Positions 1 through 9,710 of a stretch of 64,000 nucleotides of DNA are shown piece by piece. Under the pieces are notes generated by a model. That model ran no database searches, was not told the DNA's origin, and saw only the letters and a program-made list of their open reading frames with translations. This stretch comes from an uncultured delta proteobacterium (GTDB lineage: Bacteria; Myxococcota_A; Polyangia; Polyangiales; Polyangiaceae): the NCBI GenBank assembly GCA_963806225.1, contig CAWDXG010000004.1, forward strand, positions 128,001 through 192,000, given 5' to 3'. A program made the position numbers and the translations under genes. Numbering within the stretch: the stretch's first letter is position 1; every line of letters starts with the position of its first letter.

Positions 1-1
1 G

Positions 2-1375
2 ACGGCCGTTCGGCCTGAGCCGATTGTGCCGGTGGAGGAGCCCGACGAGGACGCGCCCACGGAGGTCCGTCCCGGCCTCGCCGCCGAGCCGCCGCCTCCT
101 CCCTTCGCCTCGCCGGTCCTGCCGCCACTGCGGCCACCGCCGGCGCCCCGCCGGTTCGAGTCCGTGGCTCCGACGGCGTTGCCCGCGCGAGCCGCCCCGA
201 AACGTTCCGTCGCCAGGGCAGTTGTCGCCACGCTCGGTCTGGTAGCAGGCGTGGGCGTCGGAGGCGCGGCGGGGATCGTTGCGCTCTGGCACCACGCGCA
301 CCAGACGGCTGCGCCACCCGATGTCGCCTCGGCAGCTGCCTCGCCCCCCGCCTCCGCTGCTGCTCCCGCTCCCGAGCCGGTGGCGTGTCGTCTCTCCCAC
401 CGGGCCGTGGAGCTGCGTCCGGCGGTCCGCGCACAGGTCCCGCTCTACGCCGCCGCGGTGCCGGGTTCGTCGCGCATCGCGCTCGGCTACGCCGACTCGC
501 TGTACGACGCCGTCGGGCTCGACATCGACCCCCACACGCTGCACGCACGGGTGTCCCTGTCGCGGATGGGGGTCACACCGGTGGACGGCATCGTGCCGCT
601 CGCCGGCGGCGACGCGCTGCGCTTCGCAATCGATCGCAACGACGCTGGGCTCTCGTCGGCCCACACCATCGCCGCCACGATCCCCTTCCGCATCGGCTAC
701 GCGGACGGCTCGCTCTCACGGCTTGCGCCGGGCGAGTCCCCTCACCCCGTCTGGACCGGACTTGCTCGCGGCAAGCAGCCGACGGGCCTGCGCGCCGCCT
801 CGGTCGCGGGGGTCGGCCACGCCATCACCTTCCGTCTCGGTAGCGACCGCGGGCAGGTCATGGTGGGCTGGTTGGACTCCGACGGCGCCGGGAAGAGTGC
901 CCTCAGGGCGATCGACATCAGCGCCGCAGCAGTCGGGACGCCGTCCATCGCCGCCAGCGGCGACAGGATCGCGGTCGCGGTGGCCGCCCGCGCGGACGAG
1001 CTGTCGCCGTGGGGTATCCGTATCGCGACGGCGGACGCCGGCAAGCTGCCCGTCGCTGCCCACTACTTCGCCGTACCGAAGGGCGGCCCGGGACACGACG
1101 CGTTCGCGCCCACGCTGACGGGGCTCACGGAGGGACGCTGGCTACTCCAGTGGACCGAGGGAACGCGGCGCGCTCACGTTGTCCGTGCGCAGACCCTGGA
1201 CTCGAATCTTTCCCCGCTCGGGGCTGCCGTCACGCTCTCGCCGCGGGGCGCGGACGCCGGTCAAGGTGTGGTCCAGGCAAGCGGTGGACAGGCAGCCGGC
1301 TTCTATCTCGTCAAGGCCCGCCACGGCTACCAGCTGTGGGCCACGTCGCTCGACTGCCGCGCGCCCGGCCGCTAG
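2..1375 (+). CDS. 5'-truncated membrane-anchored hypothetical protein (Pro-rich linker, one TM helix, C-terminal extracytoplasmic domain)
   Basis: Frame is open from the window edge; Pro-rich stretch, hydrophobic segment VVATLGLVAGVGVGGAAGIVALW, then a beta-rich domain bracketed by two Cys; stop TAG at 1373-1375. Confidence 0.7.
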   Translation, partial: TAVRPEPIVPVEEPDEDAPTEVRPGLAAEPPPPPFASPVLPPLRPPPAPRRFESVAPTALPARAAPKRSVARAVVATLGLVAGVGVGGAAGIVALWHHAHQTAAPPDVASAAASPPASAAAPAPEPVACRLSHRAVELRPAVRAQVPLYAAAVPGSSRIALGYADSLYDAVGLDIDPHTLHARVSLSRMGVTPVDGIVPLAGGDALRFAIDRNDAGLSSAHTIAATIPFRIGYADGSLSRLAPGESPHPVWTGLARGKQPTGLRAASVAGVGHAITFRLGSDRGQVMVGWLDSDGAGKSALRAIDISAAAVGTPSIAASGDRIAVAVAARADELSPWGIRIATADAGKLPVAAHYFAVPKGGPGHDAFAPTLTGLTEGRWLLQWTEGTRRAHVVRAQTLDSNLSPLGAAVTLSPRGADAGQGVVQASGGQAAGFYLVKARHGYQLWATSLDCRAPGR

Positions 1376-1395
1376 CTCGGCGGCACCACCGGTGA

Positions 1396-2400
1396 CTAGA
1401 ACAGGCCGAAACGGTGCGCGGCCACATCGGCGACGATGCCGAGCACGTACAGCATGCCGAAACGGCGCATATGCAGGAAGGCGAAGGCCACGAACCACAG
1501 CGGCCAGACGTTGGGGGGCAGTTCCTTCGGCGGCTTGTCCGGACGCGGTCGCGAGTACGCGCGCAGCACCAGCCACAGGGTCGGCAGCGCGATGAACACG
1601 ACCAGCAGCAGCGGCGAGAAGTAGCGCGCCCAGACCAGGTAGAGCACCAGCGCGTACTGCGAGAGCAGCATCGCCAGCGTCACGTAGCGCGACACACGCT
1701 CGCCGAGCAGCACCGGCAGGGTACGGATCTTCTTGCCGGAGTCGGCCTCGAGCTTGTCGATATGCTTGCCGAACAGCACGGCCGTGGAGCCGAGAGCGAA
1801 CGGCAGGCTGGCGATGGCCACGTTCCAGTCGAAACGCCCGGTGACGACGTAGTAGCCGCCGCCCACCATCAGCGGGCCCCACACCAGGAGCACAGCCGGC
1901 TCGCCCAAGCCGATGTATTTCAGCGGCCAGGTGTAGAAGAGCACGAAGAACGCTCCCACGCCCAGAAGCGTCAGCGTGATCGTTCCCCTCGCCCACACCA
2001 GATACGCGCCCGCCGACAACGCGACCGCGCCCGAGAAAACCGCGTAGCGGATGAGCTGGGCCGGAGTCATCAGCCCGTGCTCGAGCGGCTGTGGCCCGTA
2101 TTGCGTACGGAAGTAGTTGCCCTGGTCGACGCCCTTCTTGTGGTCGGTGTAGTCGTTCAACAGGTTGTTCGTGGCATGGGCGAAGACCAGCCCGATCGTC
2201 ACCAGCGCCCACAGTAGCGGGTGGAACATCCGGTCGCGCAGCGCGAGTAGCCCGGCGATGCCCGAGGCGATGACGGTCATCACGATCACCGCCGAACGGG
2301 TGGCGATCAACCAGCGGCTGACGACGTCGAGATCGTCCCACTCGTCTTTGCTGACACGTGGAATCACGCTCAGCGCCCGACCCCACATTGCGACGTTCAC
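1396..2400 (-). CDS. UbiA-superfamily (MenA-like) prenyltransferase, diverged paralog
   Basis: NNLLNDYTDHKKGVD motif, FYTWPLKYIGLGE, multiple TM helices; start taken at GTG 2400 behind a purine-rich SD-like AGGTGAGA. Confidence 0.85.
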   Translation of the reverse strand: MNVAMWGRALSVIPRVSKDEWDDLDVVSRWLIATRSAVIVMTVIASGIAGLLALRDRMFHPLLWALVTIGLVFAHATNNLLNDYTDHKKGVDQGNYFRTQYGPQPLEHGLMTPAQLIRYAVFSGAVALSAGAYLVWARGTITLTLLGVGAFFVLFYTWPLKYIGLGEPAVLLVWGPLMVGGGYYVVTGRFDWNVAIASLPFALGSTAVLFGKHIDKLEADSGKKIRTLPVLLGERVSRYVTLAMLLSQYALVLYLVWARYFSPLLLVVFIALPTLWLVLRAYSRPRPDKPPKELPPNVWPLWFVAFAFLHMRRFGMLYVLGIVADVAAHRFGLF

Positions 2401-2531
2401 TCTCACCTGTCCTGGCAGCGGCTCACACCCCCGACCGCGCGCCAGGATAGTCGCGGCGCCGGGCATCGCAAGAGCGCCGCGTTGCCTACATCAGAGGATG
2501 TTGCCGTACATGCCGGGCGCGGCGTTCTGGT

Positions 2532-2547
2532 GGGTACACCCGCTGCA
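2532..2547 (+). promoter_or_regulatory. putative sigma54 -24/-12 promoter
   Basis: GGGTACA-cccg-CTGCA: GG(2533-34)-N10-GC(2545-46) just upstream of the vWA gene. Confidence 0.4.
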
Positions 2548-2562
2548 TGGTTTAATGAGACT

Positions 2563-3990
2563 GTGAGAATTCTTCACTTGGCTATCGCGGCGGCCACGGT
2601 CGCGGCTGTTCCACTCTTCAGCGCGTGCAGCGTTTCGAGCTCCGCGACCGGCGGAATCGGCGCCGCCGGCTCCTCCGGCAGCTCGAGCGGCGGCGCCGGA
2701 GGCCTCTTTGGGGGCACGGGCGGTAGTGCTGGCTCCACCCAGATCAATCTCGACGCCGGTACCTCCGGGGGCAGCGGCGGACTGACCGAGGCGGGCACCT
2801 GCGCGGGCGACATCCAGAAGGGCGAGCTCATCCCGCTCGACATGTACGTGATGCTCGACACCTCCGGGTCGATGGTCGACAAGACGGCGGCCGGCACAAC
2901 CAAGTGGGACGCGGTCAAGCAGGCCTTCACCGCGTTCTTGAAGGATCCGCAGTCCGACGGTCTCGGCGTCGGTATCCAGTACTTTCCGCTGACCCAGGCG
3001 GGCGTTCCCACCTCATGCACCAGCGACGCGCAGTGCGGCATCGGTGCGCCGTGCCTGCTGAAGTCCTGCACCGGCGTCGGGCAGATCGCCCCCTGCAGCA
3101 AGAATCCCGACTGCCCGGTCTTGAGCCAGTGCGCGCCGCTCGGACAGTGCTCGGGCAATCCGGCCTACTTCTGCCAGCCGGTGGGCAGCACCTGCAGCGG
3201 CGGCCTCGGGTCCTGCGTGCAGATCAGTTCCAGCATCTGCGTCAACAGCACGAGTTGCCTCGTGGGTGACTACTCGAAGCCGGCTGTGCCCATCGCGGCG
3301 CTGCCCGGCGCGTCGGCAGCCATCATCAGCTCCATCAACGCGCAGACGCCCAACGGCAACACGCCCACCGGACCAGCCCTGCAGGGCGCCATCGACCAGG
3401 CGAAGAGCTGGGCCAAAAGCCATCCGACGCACACCGTGATCACGGTGCTGGCCACGGACGGGCTGCCGACCGACTGCAACCCGACCGCGATCAACCAGGT
3501 CGCGGCGCTGGCCGCGCAGGGGGCGAGCGGGACGCCGTCGGTCGACACCTTCGTGATCGGCGTGTTCGGCCCGAACGACACGGCGAGCCAGACCAACCTG
3601 GACACGATCGCGAAGAGCGGTGGAACGCAGCAAGCGCTGATCGTCGATACCAGCAAGAACGTCACGCAGCAGTTCATCGACGCTCTGAACAAGATCCGCG
3701 GCCAGGCGCTGTCCTGCGATTTCGAGATCCCTGCCCCTCCCGACGGCGGCACGCTCGACTACAACAAGATCAATATCGACTACACCGACAGTTCCGGCAC
3801 GACGCACCACCTGTACCAGGTGAAGGACAAGTCGCAGTGTGATCCGCAGAAGGGCGGCTGGTACTACGACGATCCGAACGCGCCGACGAAGATCATCGTG
3901 TGCGACAGTACCTGCAACACGTTCAAACAGGACGGCGGGCAGGTCCAAACGAGCGTCGGTTGCCAGACGATCGTCAAGCCGCCGCAGTGA
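2563..3990 (+). CDS. vWA-domain lipoprotein with Cys-rich insert (myxobacterial type)
   Basis: Lipobox-like FSAC, Gly/Ser linker, MIDAS DTSGS, TPT and ATDG motifs, Cys-rich insert, C-terminal GGWYYDD..IIVC. Confidence 0.85.
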   Translation: MRILHLAIAAATVAAVPLFSACSVSSSATGGIGAAGSSGSSSGGAGGLFGGTGGSAGSTQINLDAGTSGGSGGLTEAGTCAGDIQKGELIPLDMYVMLDTSGSMVDKTAAGTTKWDAVKQAFTAFLKDPQSDGLGVGIQYFPLTQAGVPTSCTSDAQCGIGAPCLLKSCTGVGQIAPCSKNPDCPVLSQCAPLGQCSGNPAYFCQPVGSTCSGGLGSCVQISSSICVNSTSCLVGDYSKPAVPIAALPGASAAIISSINAQTPNGNTPTGPALQGAIDQAKSWAKSHPTHTVITVLATDGLPTDCNPTAINQVAALAAQGASGTPSVDTFVIGVFGPNDTASQTNLDTIAKSGGTQQALIVDTSKNVTQQFIDALNKIRGQALSCDFEIPAPPDGGTLDYNKINIDYTDSSGTTHHLYQVKDKSQCDPQKGGWYYDDPNAPTKIIVCDSTCNTFKQDGGQVQTSVGCQTIVKPPQ

Positions 3991-4000
3991 GCAACGGTAC

Positions 4001-5500
4001 TCAGTCGTCGCTCTGGCCGACGGCCACGGCGGTGTCCGGTTGCGGCGCTGCCGGTGCGAACAGCGGTTCCGCTGCGTTCTGCGCTTCGGTCAAGAGCGGT
4101 CCGGGATAGGCGCCCACTCCGACCACGCCGATCAAGCACAGGAGCACGCCGAGCCCTAGCGCGCGTCCCGGGCGGATCGCTCCGGCGTCCTCCTCGGGCT
4201 GACGCATGTACATCGCCCGGGCCACCTGCATGTAATAGAAGAGGCTGACGACAGCCATCACCGCGCCGATCACGACCAGTGCCCTGAGCCCCACCTGCCA
4301 CGCTGCGACGAACACGTAGAGCTTCGCCCAGAATCCGACCACGAACGGGATCCCGGCTAGCGACAGCAGGAAGAGCAGCATCGCCAGGGCGAGTATCGGC
4401 GAGCGCTTGTAGAGCCCCGCCATGCTCGCGATCGAGTCGTCGCCACCGTCTGCGCCGACCGCTTCCACAACCAGGAAGGCGCCGGTGTTCGTCAGTGCGT
4501 AGGCCGCTGCGTAGAACAGCAGCATGCTCGCGCCGTCTGGTCCGGTCACGGCAAACGCCATCAGCATGTAGCCGATATGGCCGATGCCCGAGTACGCCAG
4601 GAGGCGTTTCACGTTCGTCTGCGCCAGCGCGAGCAGGTTACCGCCCAGGATGCTGACCAGCGACAGGGCCACGACCACGGGGCGCCAGGCCTGCACCTGG
4701 TGTCCGAAACCGAGCAGGAACACGCTGGCCAGGGCCGTGAAGCCCGCCAGCTTGGGCGCGACGCTCAGGAAGGCGACGAACGGCGTCCCGGAGCCCTGGT
4801 AGGTGTCCGGCACCCACATGTGGAACGGAACGGTGCCGATCTTGAAGCCCATCCCCGCCAGGACCAGCAAGAGCGCCATGCCGAGTAGGGGCGAAGGCGC
4901 GGTGTGCCCGAGCTTCGCGATGCTGGTCGTGCCCGACAGGCCGAACACCAGCGACAGACCGAACAGCGTGATTGCGGTGCTCACCACACCGACCAGATAG
5001 AGCTTGAGGGCCGCTTCCGGCGCGTTGACCTCCCCGCCTTCGTGCGCCTCCGTCTTGGCGAACGCCGAGAGCACGTAGAGCGGAATGCCCATCAGCTCGA
5101 AGCACACCACCAGAAGCAACAGATCGCGCACCCCGGGCAGAAGCAGCATACCGAGCAGGCTCGACATGAGCAGGATGTAGTACTCCGCCTGCCGGTGGGC
5201 ATGGTGCCGCGCGACGTGCTCGACGCTGCCCAGCACCGACACCAGGCCCGTGACCAGGAACACCCGGTCGAAGAATACGGTCCAGCCGCCGCCCTGGAAG
5301 CTGCCGGCGAACACGAGCCCGTCCGTGCGGACGAAGAACGACGCGATCAGGATGCCCGCGAGCGACACGGCGGTCAGATAGCCCGCTTCACGTCCGGCTC
5401 CGGACGGGCGCACGAGGTCGAGCAGGAACACCCACAGGATCGCCCCGACCAGCATCAGGTCGAGCGAAAGCGGCGCGAGGTCAGCGAGCGAGGGATTCAT
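4001..5500 (-). CDS. nuoN: NADH-quinone oxidoreductase subunit N
   Basis: FKIGTVPFHMWVPDTYQG, KRLLAYSGIGH; last gene of nuo operon. Confidence 0.95.
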   Translation of the reverse strand: MNPSLADLAPLSLDLMLVGAILWVFLLDLVRPSGAGREAGYLTAVSLAGILIASFFVRTDGLVFAGSFQGGGWTVFFDRVFLVTGLVSVLGSVEHVARHHAHRQAEYYILLMSSLLGMLLLPGVRDLLLLVVCFELMGIPLYVLSAFAKTEAHEGGEVNAPEAALKLYLVGVVSTAITLFGLSLVFGLSGTTSIAKLGHTAPSPLLGMALLLVLAGMGFKIGTVPFHMWVPDTYQGSGTPFVAFLSVAPKLAGFTALASVFLLGFGHQVQAWRPVVVALSLVSILGGNLLALAQTNVKRLLAYSGIGHIGYMLMAFAVTGPDGASMLLFYAAAYALTNTGAFLVVEAVGADGGDDSIASMAGLYKRSPILALAMLLFLLSLAGIPFVVGFWAKLYVFVAAWQVGLRALVVIGAVMAVVSLFYYMQVARAMYMRQPEEDAGAIRPGRALGLGVLLCLIGVVGVGAYPGPLLTEAQNAAEPLFAPAAPQPDTAVAVGQSDD

Positions 5501-5509
5501 GATGGCCGC

Positions 5510-7051
5510 CTAGTGGAGCCCCAGGACGATGTGGAGGTAGGCCGGCGTGGCGCGATTGATGAAGTCGAGAATCAGCGAGGGCCAGCACCCGAACACGATC
5601 AGCGCCGAGCCCAGGATGCAGAGCGCACCCCACTCGGTGTGCCGTGTGTCCAGAAGCTCGTGGAACTTCTCGCTGGGGCCCGGCCCCCAGAAGATCATGC
5701 GCACCGCCCGCAGCACGTACACGGCCGTCAGGAACGCGCCGATGATGCCCGGTATGGCCCACCACGAAGAGTGGCTCTGCCAGGCGCCAATGAAGACTAG
5801 AAGCTCGGCGACGAAGCCGGCCGTGCCGGGCAACCCCAGCGAGGAGAGCGCGGCCAGGGTGAAGAAGAACGCCACGGCGGGCATCACCTTGCCGAACCCG
5901 CCCATGCTGGGAATGAAGCGCGTGTGTGCGCGCTCGTAGACCAGGCCGACGAGGGCGAAGAAGAGCCCCGTCATGATGCCGTGGGCGAACATCTGGAAGA
6001 TCGCGCCGTTCCAGCCATTCGTCGTGAGCGTGGCGGCGCCCAGCATCACGACACCCATGTGGCTCACCGACGAATAGGCGACGACGTACTTCAGATCCTT
6101 CTGACTCATCGCCGACAGCGCGCCGTAGACGATGTTGACGACCGCAACTGCGCCGATGACCGGCACCCACGCCCGCGCGCCCTCGGGCAGCATGACCATG
6201 CCGACGCGTATCACGCCGAAGGCGCCGAGCTTCATCAGCACTCCGGCGTGCAGCATACTGACAGCCGTGGGGGCGGAAGCGTGGCCGTCGGGCGACCAGG
6301 TGTGGAACGGGAACACGCCGCCCAGCGATCCGAAGCCCAGCCACAGCATCGGGAACGCCCAGTACTGCATCGCCTTCGGGTAGTGCGCGGCCCCCAGGGT
6401 CGCCATGTTGAAGGTGTGGGCGCCGGACGCCACGTACATGGCGAAGATCCCGACCAGGATGAAGGCCGACCCCACCAGCAGCATCAGCGTCAGCTTCATG
6501 GCGGCGTATTCGCGGCCGCCGATGTTGAACATCTTCCAGACGAACTTGAAGGGCCCCGCTTCGGTGACGGCGTGGCTCGAGCCCCAGATGCCGATCAAGA
6601 GATACATCGGCAGAACGGCGATCTCGTAGAACAGGAAGAAGACGAACAGATCCTGCGAGACGAAGACGCCGAACACGCCCGAGACCAGCACCAGAAGCAG
6701 GACGAAGAACTCCTTGGTGCGTTCTTCCAGCTTCCAGCTCGCCAGCACGCCGGCGAAGATGATGATGCCGGTAAGCAGAATCAGGGAGACGCCCCAGCCG
6801 TCCACTGCCAGCTCGAGCGAGATGCCCAGCTGCGGGACCAGCGGGTAGCGCTCGGCGAGCTGAAGACCGCCGGCGTGGAGGTTGAAGCGCAGCGCCGTGA
6901 CCACGCTGCCGGCGAGCGCCACGCCAGCGCCCAGGAGCGCCACCAGGCGGACCAGCACGCGCTCGCGATTCGGGATGAACAGGAGCACGAGCGCCGCCAC
7001 GAACGGCGCCGCGACGATCATGCCGAGCAGACTGGGTGCCGCGCCGTTCAT
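5510..7051 (-). CDS. nuoM: NADH-quinone oxidoreductase subunit M
   Basis: FPFHTWSPDGHASAPT, LMKLG, AYSSVSHMG; ATG 7051 overlaps nuoL stop (ATGA). Confidence 0.95.
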   Translation of the reverse strand: MNGAAPSLLGMIVAAPFVAALVLLFIPNRERVLVRLVALLGAGVALAGSVVTALRFNLHAGGLQLAERYPLVPQLGISLELAVDGWGVSLILLTGIIIFAGVLASWKLEERTKEFFVLLLVLVSGVFGVFVSQDLFVFFLFYEIAVLPMYLLIGIWGSSHAVTEAGPFKFVWKMFNIGGREYAAMKLTLMLLVGSAFILVGIFAMYVASGAHTFNMATLGAAHYPKAMQYWAFPMLWLGFGSLGGVFPFHTWSPDGHASAPTAVSMLHAGVLMKLGAFGVIRVGMVMLPEGARAWVPVIGAVAVVNIVYGALSAMSQKDLKYVVAYSSVSHMGVVMLGAATLTTNGWNGAIFQMFAHGIMTGLFFALVGLVYERAHTRFIPSMGGFGKVMPAVAFFFTLAALSSLGLPGTAGFVAELLVFIGAWQSHSSWWAIPGIIGAFLTAVYVLRAVRMIFWGPGPSEKFHELLDTRHTEWGALCILGSALIVFGCWPSLILDFINRATPAYLHIVLGLH

Positions 7052-8865
7052 CGGAAGAGCCCCCATGCTGCGAGGACCACGGCACCGGCGATCACGGCGA
7101 AGACGTAGTCCTGGACGTTGCCGGTCTGGAAGCGCTTGAGCCGTCGCCCGGCCATGATCGTCAGCCACCCGCTGAAGTTGATCACGCCGTCCACCACGTA
7201 GCGGTCGAACCAGCCAATAGCGCCCGACAGGACGAGCAGGCCGCGTCGATAGCCGGTCTCGAAGAACCGGTCGACGGCTCCGGAGCGCGCCAGCTCGCCT
7301 ACCGGCGCCAGGAAGTCGAAGGCCTCGCTTCGCGTTGCGCGTCCGTACTGCCACCACGCCAGGCCGATACCCAGAAGCCCGAGCGTGCTGGCGCCCATGC
7401 CAACGGGCGTGATGTGGAACTCGTAGTCGAACCCGTACACGCGGGCGAGCGAGCTGCCGAACCAGCCGGCTCCAACGCTTCCGGCAGCAAGCAGCAGCAT
7501 CGGCAGGGCCATCGACATGCCGCCTTCATGTGCGTGCTCGACGTGTTTCGAGCGCTTGCCCAGGAACGCCAGGAACACGACGCGCCCGATGTAGAAGGCC
7601 GTGAGGAAGGCTGCGATCATCAGCGCTGCGAACGGCAGCCACAGCCCCTTCTCCGCGACGGCCTCCAGCACCAGATCCTTGCTGAAGAAGCCGGCGAAGC
7701 CGGGCACACCGGCCAGTGCCAGGGCGGCGATGATGAACACCACGCTGGTGAGCCTCATCTTGTTCCAGAGCCCGCCCATGTGATCGAGCTCGTTGCTGTG
7801 CACGGCGTGGATCACGCTACCGGCGGCGAGGAAGAGCAGCGCCTTGAAGAAGGCGTGCGTGGTGAGGTGGAAGAAGCCGCCCATCACGCTTCCGGCGCCG
7901 AGCGCGCAGATCATGTAGCCGAGCTGGGAACAGGTGGAGTACGCCAGCACGCGCTTGATGTCGGTCTGGACGACCGCCACGATCGCGGCGAACAGCGCCG
8001 TGAAGCCGCCAATCCACGCCATGGCGGTGAGCGTCGTCGGCGATTGTGCGAAGAGCGGGTTGGCGCGCACGATCAAGTAGACGCCGGCGGCCACCATGGT
8101 CGCCGCGTGCAGCAGCGCCGACACCGGCGTCGGACCCTCCATGGCATTGGGCAACCAGATGTGCAGCGGGAACTGCGCGCTCTTGCCCATCACGCCGAGG
8201 AACATCAAGAGCGTGATGGGTGTCGCCCAGGCCAGAGGAAGCGCGACGTTCCAGCCGAACTGCCCGGTCGTCGCAAACAGCAGGATGATGCCGAGCACGA
8301 GTCCCATGTCGGCGAATTTGGTCACCCAGAAGGCCTTGATCGCCGCCTGTGCCGCGCTCTCTTTCTGGTAGTAGAAGCCGATCAGGAGGTAGCTCGTCAG
8401 CCCGACGAGCTCCCAGCCGAGGAACAGCTCGAGCATGTTCGGCGCGAGCACCAGCACACCCATCGCGAACACGAACAGCGAGTGGTAGCCGTAGTAGCGC
8501 CCGCGCGCCGGCGCCGGCTCATCGGCCATGTAGCCGAGCGAGAAGACCTGCACGCACATCGCAACGGTCGCGAGCACCAGCAGCATCGGGATCGAGATGC
8601 CGTCCAGACGGACGCCGATCCGCGCCATGGTGCCGGTGGCGCTCGGAAGCCAATCGAGCTGGTAGAGCGTGAGCTGATGCGGATCCGAAAGCTGGCTTGC
8701 GAACAGCTGGATGGCCGCGATGAAGCTGACGACGACCGCCGCGATCGACAGCCACGTTGCGGGAGTGCCGCGGCGGCGCAGAGGAACCACGAGCGCGATG
8801 ACGAGCGCAGCGCCTAGCGGTGTCAGGAGCGCAAGCAGCGCCCAGGTAAGTGCGGAGAGCCCCAT
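7048..8865 (-). CDS. nuoL: NADH-quinone oxidoreductase subunit L
   Basis: GKSAQFPLHIWLPNAMEGPTPVSALLHAATMV, DIKRVLAYST, C-terminal QTGNVQDY. Confidence 0.96.
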   Translation of the reverse strand: MGLSALTWALLALLTPLGAALVIALVVPLRRRGTPATWLSIAAVVVSFIAAIQLFASQLSDPHQLTLYQLDWLPSATGTMARIGVRLDGISIPMLLVLATVAMCVQVFSLGYMADEPAPARGRYYGYHSLFVFAMGVLVLAPNMLELFLGWELVGLTSYLLIGFYYQKESAAQAAIKAFWVTKFADMGLVLGIILLFATTGQFGWNVALPLAWATPITLLMFLGVMGKSAQFPLHIWLPNAMEGPTPVSALLHAATMVAAGVYLIVRANPLFAQSPTTLTAMAWIGGFTALFAAIVAVVQTDIKRVLAYSTCSQLGYMICALGAGSVMGGFFHLTTHAFFKALLFLAAGSVIHAVHSNELDHMGGLWNKMRLTSVVFIIAALALAGVPGFAGFFSKDLVLEAVAEKGLWLPFAALMIAAFLTAFYIGRVVFLAFLGKRSKHVEHAHEGGMSMALPMLLLAAGSVGAGWFGSSLARVYGFDYEFHITPVGMGASTLGLLGIGLAWWQYGRATRSEAFDFLAPVGELARSGAVDRFFETGYRRGLLVLSGAIGWFDRYVVDGVINFSGWLTIMAGRRLKRFQTGNVQDYVFAVIAGAVVLAAWGLFR

Positions 8866-8868
8866 GGG

Positions 8869-9171
8869 TCAGCCGGAAAGCTCGTTCGCCTCGTCGACGA
8901 GGACGTCCTGGCGCGAGCGGTAGAGCAGGATCACGAGCGCCAGACCGACCACGACCTCGGCGACGGTGATCCCGATAGAGAAGAGCGTGAAGACCTGGCC
9001 CAGCGCAGTGCCCTGGGCGCGCGAGAATGCGACGAGATTGATGTTCACGGCGTTGGCCATGAGCTCGACGGAGATGAGGATGCCGACCGCGTTGCGGCGT
9101 GACAGGACGCCATAGATGCCCACGGAGAACAGGGCCGCGGCCAAGAGCAGGTAGGGATGGGTTGCCATCAT
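8869..9171 (-). CDS. nuoK: NADH-quinone oxidoreductase subunit K
   Basis: RRNAVGILISVELMANAVN, AEVVVGLAL; about 100 aa, 3 TM. Confidence 0.95.
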   Translation of the reverse strand: MMATHPYLLLAAALFSVGIYGVLSRRNAVGILISVELMANAVNINLVAFSRAQGTALGQVFTLFSIGITVAEVVVGLALVILLYRSRQDVLVDEANELSG

Positions 9172-9710
9172 CCGCGCTGCTCCCGCTTGCGCGGAATGCG
9201 CACGTGATCGAAGCCGTGGTCGCGCCGCCGCGCCACCACGATGGCGCCGATCATCGCTGCCAGGAGCAGCACCGACAGCACTTCGAAGGCGAGGACGTTT
9301 CCGGTGAGGAAGGAGCGCCCGATATCCACGGTGTCCACAGTGGCGTGGGGCTGGAGAGGCTGTTCCGGTGTCCGCGACAGGGCCGTTGCGAACAGGATGA
9401 ACATGCCGGTTCCCGCGATCGCGGCAGGCACGCGGCGCCGGGGGGAGGTCTCGGCGTCGATTTCGACGCGCTCGTGGCGCCGCGTGAGCATGACCCCGAA
9501 CAGCATCAGGGTGATGACTCCTCCGGCGTACAGGAGGACCTGGATGCCGGCCACGAACGGCGCCTGCATGGTCACGAAGAGCACTGCCGTCGAAAGCAGC
9601 GTGACGGCGAGCCACAGCACGGCGTGCACGAGGTTCTTCGAGCCGACCACGAACAAGGCTGAAAGGAGCAGGCAAACGGCAATCACGCCGAAGCCGATCT
9701 GCGCGGTCAT
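9168..9710 (-). CDS. nuoJ: NADH-quinone oxidoreductase subunit J
   Basis: KNLVHAVLWL, QVLLYAGGV, FEVLSVLLLAAMIGA. Confidence 0.95.
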   Translation of the reverse strand: MTAQIGFGVIAVCLLLSALFVVGSKNLVHAVLWLAVTLLSTAVLFVTMQAPFVAGIQVLLYAGGVITLMLFGVMLTRRHERVEIDAETSPRRRVPAAIAGTGMFILFATALSRTPEQPLQPHATVDTVDIGRSFLTGNVLAFEVLSVLLLAAMIGAIVVARRRDHGFDHVRIPRKREQRG

